From assembly GCA_050012735.1 (NCBI GenBank), contig JBEKGP010000001.1:2055-66054 (forward strand): DNA of 64,000 nt. Reading direction: 5' to 3'. Made by a program: the position numbers and the translations under genes. Each line of letters starts with the position of its first letter. Within the stretch, counting starts at the first letter, position 1. Source of the stretch: Candidatus Dormibacteria bacterium. Its GTDB lineage: Bacteria; Chloroflexota; Dormibacteria; Aeolococcales; Aeolococcaceae. The notes below the pieces were generated by a model that was not told the DNA's origin, searched no databases, and saw only the letters and a program-made list of their open reading frames with translations. This document shows positions 60,180 to 64,000 of this stretch, piece by piece.

Positions 60180-61082
60180 TCAGCCGGCGGTCGGGGTGGG
60201 GGTCACGGCCTCGCAGTCGGGGAACGGGTAGCGGATGCTGTTGAGGAGGTTCTCCAAGACCGCGAAGTCGTCAGCGGTCGAGTAGTTCATCTCGATGTCG
60301 ATGGCGTAGCTCGGGGAGAGAGTGGCCCGGAACTGGGCGAAGTCGGCGAGGCGGGTCACGCTCCCGCCCCCCGGGTCCGTGGTCGGCTGTGGTGAGGTGG
60401 CCGGGCCGGCCGCGTACTTGACGAGGGTGCCGGTGTAGCCGCAGGCCACCACCTCGGAGTTGCTGGACACCGAGGCGAAGCCGGTCAGGCCCGCCGGGCC
60501 GAGGGCGCTCAGGGTGGTCGCCTCCCGGATCACCAGGGTGGGGAGGTCGGTGCCGGTCTGGGGCTCGAAGATGACCTCGCCGCTGTTGTCGGAGTACGTC
60601 CAGTCGGTCGGGTAGAGGACACCGTCGATCTGCTTGTCCTGAAAACCGACCGAGCTGAGCAGCCCGGAGGCGGTGTAGGTGGGATCGGCGATGATCCAGC
60701 CGGTGACCGTCGAACCCTCGACCTGGTACCAGCCGCCGGGTGAGGACGAATCCGGCCACGGACCCCCGGAGGCGTCGTAGCCGACGACGGTGAGGGTCAC
60801 CCCCCAGGCCGCCGTCCCCTCCACCGCCGCGGAGAGCGTGGCCGAGCTGTGAATGCGGAGCCCGTCCTGGACCAGGACGGTGCGCTCGCCGCTCGTCTGG
60901 ACCCCCGCCGACCCGGACGCTGCCGGGGTCGCCGTCGCCGTCCCGGTGCCCCCGCTGACCGGCGGGTTGGTGGCCACTCCGGTGGGGCTGAGGGACGCCG
61001 GCGACCCCAGGCTGCACCCGGCCAGGGTGGCGGCGGCGGTCGCGGCCAGGGCGGCGATCAGGCGGGGGCGGAAGGGACGCAC
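60180..61082 (-). CDS. lipoprotein of unknown function
   Basis: The signal peptide carries the lipobox LAGC (MRPFRPRLIAALAATAAATLAGCS). An SH3b-like stretch (GWYQVEGSTVTGWIIAD) is present. Confidence 0.7.
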   Translation of the reverse strand: MRPFRPRLIAALAATAAATLAGCSLGSPASLSPTGVATNPPVSGGTGTATATPAASGSAGVQTSGERTVLVQDGLRIHSSATLSAAVEGTAAWGVTLTVVGYDASGGPWPDSSSPGGWYQVEGSTVTGWIIADPTYTASGLLSSVGFQDKQIDGVLYPTDWTYSDNSGEVIFEPQTGTDLPTLVIREATTLSALGPAGLTGFASVSSNSEVVACGYTGTLVKYAAGPATSPQPTTDPGGGSVTRLADFAQFRATLSPSYAIDIEMNYSTADDFAVLENLLNSIRYPFPDCEAVTPTPTAG

Positions 61083-61115
61083 GTCAACAAGGTTAACGAG
61101 GAGTCCCCCAGGCGG

Positions 61116-62066
61116 TTATCCCGGGGTGGGATCGCCATCACCGCCGACCAGCCCGCGCAGGGTCGCCGCCACCGACTCCGCGAGAGCCTCGAGGTCGTAG
61201 CCGCCCTCCAGGACCCAGACCGAGCCGCTGCCGGTCTCGGCGCAGAGGGCCCGTACCCGGGACGCGAGCGAGGCGTAGGTGGCGGCGGTCAGTTCCAGGG
61301 TGGCGAGCGGATCGGCGGCGTGCGCGTCGTATCCGGCGCTCACCAGCACCAGCTCCGGCTCGTAGGCGGTCACCGCGGGCAGCACGTCGGTCTCGAAGCG
61401 GGCCAGCCATTCGTCCCCGCCCGTCCCCGAGGGAAGCGGCACGTTGATGTTGAGCCCGAGCGCCTCCGGCCCTCCGTGGGCGCTCGCCTGCCCGGTCCCG
61501 GGGTAGAGGGGGGACTGATGGAGGGAGGTGTAAAGGACCGAGCGATCGTCCCAGAAGATCTCCTCGGTGCCGTTGCCGTGGTGGACGTCTATATCGATGA
61601 TGGCGATCCGCTTCCTGCCCCGCAGCTGAGCGTGGCGGGCTGCGATGGCGACGTTGTTGAAGATGCAGAAACCCATCGCCGTCCCGGCGCTGGCGTGGTG
61701 GCCAGGCGGCCTGCTGATCGAGAAGGCATGGTCGGCGCGGCCGTCGCAGATCACGTCGACCGCCGCCAGGGCCGCGCCCGCCGACCGTAGCGCGGCGGCG
61801 TGCGAGCCCGGGCCACAGAAGGTGTCGCCATCGAACCAACCACCTCCGCGCTGGGCCATCGCCTGCACCGCGAGGGCATGGGCCGGGGTGTGGACCAGCT
61901 CGATCGCCGCGCCGTCCGCCTCGGTCGGGTCAAGGCGCGGAACAGAGGCCAGGTCCTCCTGACCCGCGATGTGATCGAGGATCGCCGCCACCCGGTCGGG
62001 CCGCTCCGGGTGGCCCGGAGCCGCGTGGTCGGGCTCGGGCCCGGTGGAGATGAGGATCACGCTCAT
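61116..62066 (-). CDS. histone deacetylase-family amidohydrolase (AcuC / acetylpolyamine amidohydrolase-like)
   Basis: ATG 62066 overlaps the upstream stop (ATGA). It contains HPERPDR, SRPPGHHA, IIDIDVHHGNGT and LEGGY. Confidence 0.85.
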   Translation of the reverse strand: MSVILISTGPEPDHAAPGHPERPDRVAAILDHIAGQEDLASVPRLDPTEADGAAIELVHTPAHALAVQAMAQRGGGWFDGDTFCGPGSHAAALRSAGAALAAVDVICDGRADHAFSISRPPGHHASAGTAMGFCIFNNVAIAARHAQLRGRKRIAIIDIDVHHGNGTEEIFWDDRSVLYTSLHQSPLYPGTGQASAHGGPEALGLNINVPLPSGTGGDEWLARFETDVLPAVTAYEPELVLVSAGYDAHAADPLATLELTAATYASLASRVRALCAETGSGSVWVLEGGYDLEALAESVAATLRGLVGGDGDPTPG

Positions 62067-63283
62067 CCCATCTCCCCGCCCAGCGCCTCCCCCAGCTCGC
62101 GCAGGAAGGACTCCACATCGGTCACCAGACCGAGGGTCTGCGCGGACCCCCGGTCGGCCAGCTTGGCGACCACCGCCGGGTTGATGTCCACACACACCGT
62201 CCGGGTCGCCGCGGGAAGCAGGTTGCCGGTGGCGATGGAGTGGAGCATCGAGGCGCACATGATGCAGAGGTCGACCCCGGCGAGGGCCGCGCGCATCCGC
62301 CGCCGAGCCTCCACCATGTCGGTCACCACGTCGGGGAGCGGGCCGTCGTCACGAACAGATCCGGCCAGCACGTACTCGACACCGCTGCCGATGCATTCGA
62401 ACATCACCCCGCGACGGAGCATCCCGGCCTCCACCGCCGCCCGGATGCCGCCCACGGCCCGCACCCGGTTGACGGTTCGCATGTGCAGCTCGTGGCCGGA
62501 TTCGATGGGCAGCCCCTTCTCGAGGCCGATCCCGAGAGAGGTGCCGAAGAACTGGGACTCGATATCATAGGCGGCCAGGCCGTTGCCCGCGAAGAGCACC
62601 TGGACATAGCCGAGCGCGATCAGCCGGGCGAGATGCGGTCCCGCCCCGGTGTGGATGATGGCCGGACCGCCGACGAAGCAGATCCGGCCATTTCTGGCTC
62701 GAACCTCACGCATGGTGCCGGCGAGCTCGCGGATGACCTGGTGCTTGGGCTTCTCCGGAGAGAGCGAGCTGGCGGTGAAGCCGAAGACCTCCTTGCCCCT
62801 CCCCCGCTCCACCGGGCTCAGACGGACCCCGGCCCGGCCCACCACCACCTGATCCCCGGCCGCGACGTCGGTCACCGGGACGGCGCGGGCGGTACCCGTG
62901 GCGATCACCACGCCGCAATCCATCTCGATATCCTCGACCGTCACCCATTCGCCCCCGATGAGCAGCGCGGTGGGCTGGTTGGTGGTGGTGTAGAAGAGGT
63001 CGGGGAAGACGCCGTCAGCGGGCGCGGGCAGGGTCACCGCATCCTCGGCGCCGACGACGGTGGCGCCGTGCTCCTGGCAGGCGGCGATCACCGCCGCGAG
63101 CTTCTCCTCGGTCTCGGCCTCGATGGTCAGCCGCGCAAAGGAGGACTCGTCGAGCCGGGTGCCGACCCGGAACTCCTCGACGTGGAAGGTCGCGCCCATG
63201 TCCATGACGCTGTCCATGACCCGGGGCAGCACCATGCTGTCGATGATGTGCCCGGAGAGCTCGATGACAGCGCGGGCGCTCAT
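62063..63283 (-). CDS. TIGR00300 / LOR-SDH-domain family protein (archaeal-type ornithine cyclodeaminase-like)
   Basis: The N-terminus is VIELSGHIIDSMVLPRVMDSVMDMGATFHVEEFRVG. The C-terminal half reads GGPAIIHTGAG...LFAGNGLA...HELHMR. The assignment is from memory of the family pattern. Confidence 0.7.
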   Translation of the reverse strand: MSARAVIELSGHIIDSMVLPRVMDSVMDMGATFHVEEFRVGTRLDESSFARLTIEAETEEKLAAVIAACQEHGATVVGAEDAVTLPAPADGVFPDLFYTTTNQPTALLIGGEWVTVEDIEMDCGVVIATGTARAVPVTDVAAGDQVVVGRAGVRLSPVERGRGKEVFGFTASSLSPEKPKHQVIRELAGTMREVRARNGRICFVGGPAIIHTGAGPHLARLIALGYVQVLFAGNGLAAYDIESQFFGTSLGIGLEKGLPIESGHELHMRTVNRVRAVGGIRAAVEAGMLRRGVMFECIGSGVEYVLAGSVRDDGPLPDVVTDMVEARRRMRAALAGVDLCIMCASMLHSIATGNLLPAATRTVCVDINPAVVAKLADRGSAQTLGLVTDVESFLRELGEALGGEMG

Positions 63284-64000
63284 GCTCTCGACGTCGCCGC
63301 CCGCACCGCCTCGATCCGGCGGCGGAGCTCGGCGGCCGCGGCCCGAGGGTCGGCGGCCCCGGTGATGCCCCGGGAGACCGGCACGATGATGCCGCCCCCG
63401 GTCGCGTCCAGCCCAGCGCTCACCGCGGCCTCGAGATCGCCTCCCTGGGCGCCGATCCCGGGCAGGAGGAGCGGGGCGGCCGGCGCGAGGCCGCGCACCT
63501 CGGAGACGGCGGTCGCGGAGGTGGCCCCGACCACGAAGCCGATCTGGGCGGCACCCGACCAGTCGAGCGCCCGCTCCACGATCAGCCGGTAGAGGGGCCG
63601 GCCATCCCGCAGCGGCGCCTCCAGGAAGTCGACGGCACCCGGGTTGCTGGTGCGGGCGAGGATGAGGACGGCCGTCCCGGCGCGGGCCAGGAAGGGCTCC
63701 ACGGCGTCACGGCCGAGCAGGGGGTTCACGGTGACGGCGTCGGCTCCCCACACGTCGAAGGCGGCCCGCGCGTAGGCCTCGGCGGTGCTGCCGATGTCAC
63801 CCCGCTTGGCGTCGAGAATCAGCAGCCGGCTCTCCGGAACCATGCCGCGCACCCGCTCGAGCACCCGCAGCCCCTCCGATCCGTGCTGCTCGAAGAAAGC
63901 CAGGTTGGGCTTCACCGCGACGACCTCGGGGAGCGCCGCCTCCAGCATCTCGGTGCAGAAGCGCTCGACCTCGGCGGCATCCCGGCAGCCGGTGGGGTCG
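63280..64000 (-). CDS. pyrF: orotidine-5'-phosphate decarboxylase (type 2), 5' end outside window
   Basis: It contains KPNLAFFEQHG, ILDAKRGDIGSTA and LLLPGIGAQGG. The frame is open to the window edge, and the stop overlaps the downstream start (ATGA). Confidence 0.9.
   Translation of the reverse strand, partial: DPTGCRDAAEVERFCTEMLEAALPEVVAVKPNLAFFEQHGSEGLRVLERVRGMVPESRLLILDAKRGDIGSTAEAYARAAFDVWGADAVTVNPLLGRDAVEPFLARAGTAVLILARTSNPGAVDFLEAPLRDGRPLYRLIVERALDWSGAAQIGFVVGATSATAVSEVRGLAPAAPLLLPGIGAQGGDLEAAVSAGLDATGGGIIVPVSRGITGAADPRAAAAELRRRIEAVRAATSRA

Noticed and set aside
1-64000. CRISPR arrays, rRNA/tRNA genes, transposases and toxin-antitoxin or known defence-system genes.
   Set aside because: None was seen on visual inspection of intergenic regions and ORF translations. 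This was a by-eye scan, so short or degenerate elements could have been missed.

Overview
This is a 64-kb, roughly 70% GC chromosomal segment. By eye I call about 70 protein-coding genes and find no rRNA, tRNA or CRISPR array. Gene content points to a high-GC Gram-positive-type lineage (deep Actinobacteriota or Chloroflexota-like): DUF3052, GT87-like transferases, RNase J plus RNase Y plus SpoVS, and Cheo-type LexA boxes. I cannot place it more precisely. From 1 to 43 kb the genes are mostly on the + strand: asd, two GT-C membrane glycosyltransferase-like genes, ArsB-type permease plus USP, a family-4 UDG, rnj, ftsK, yajQ-pgsA-cinA, a PRC-barrel gene, recA-recX, rny-spoVS, miaB-mutS-mutL-miaA, lexA, a trypsin-like protease, a LysM gene, Nudix, an alpha/beta hydrolase, OsmC, a Xer-like tyrosine recombinase, a 3-hydroxyacyl-CoA dehydrogenase and cyoABCDE. 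From 43 to 64 kb the genes are mostly on the - strand: a membrane protein, an atypical ORF, the ACAD-ADH-fixABCX operon, cfa, a GGDEF-EAL protein, proC, yjbQ, a lipoprotein and pyrF-TIGR00300-HDAC. Main hunt results follow. (1) An AT-rich 11-6-11 dif-like palindrome at 43749-43776 sits exactly where gene orientation flips, so it is a candidate replication terminus and Xer site, with compositionally odd DNA beside it. (2) A coherent SOS regulon can be read directly from the sequence, with GAAC-N4-GTT(T/C) boxes at lexA, recA and a TM+LysM gene that looks like a YneA/ChiZ-type division inhibitor. (3) The UDG ends in an exact beta-clamp motif, QLSLF. (4) An acyl-CoA to ETF to FixCX to quinol oxidase gene neighbourhood is present, and the cyo operon is flanked by a decayed paralog of a membrane-protein gene. 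(5) There are also several frameshifted or start-less ORFs, a 520-bp non-coding GC-rich gap and three tandem tiny membrane ORFs. All calls rest on reading the translations and motifs from memory. No searches or statistics were run, and start codons are often provisional.
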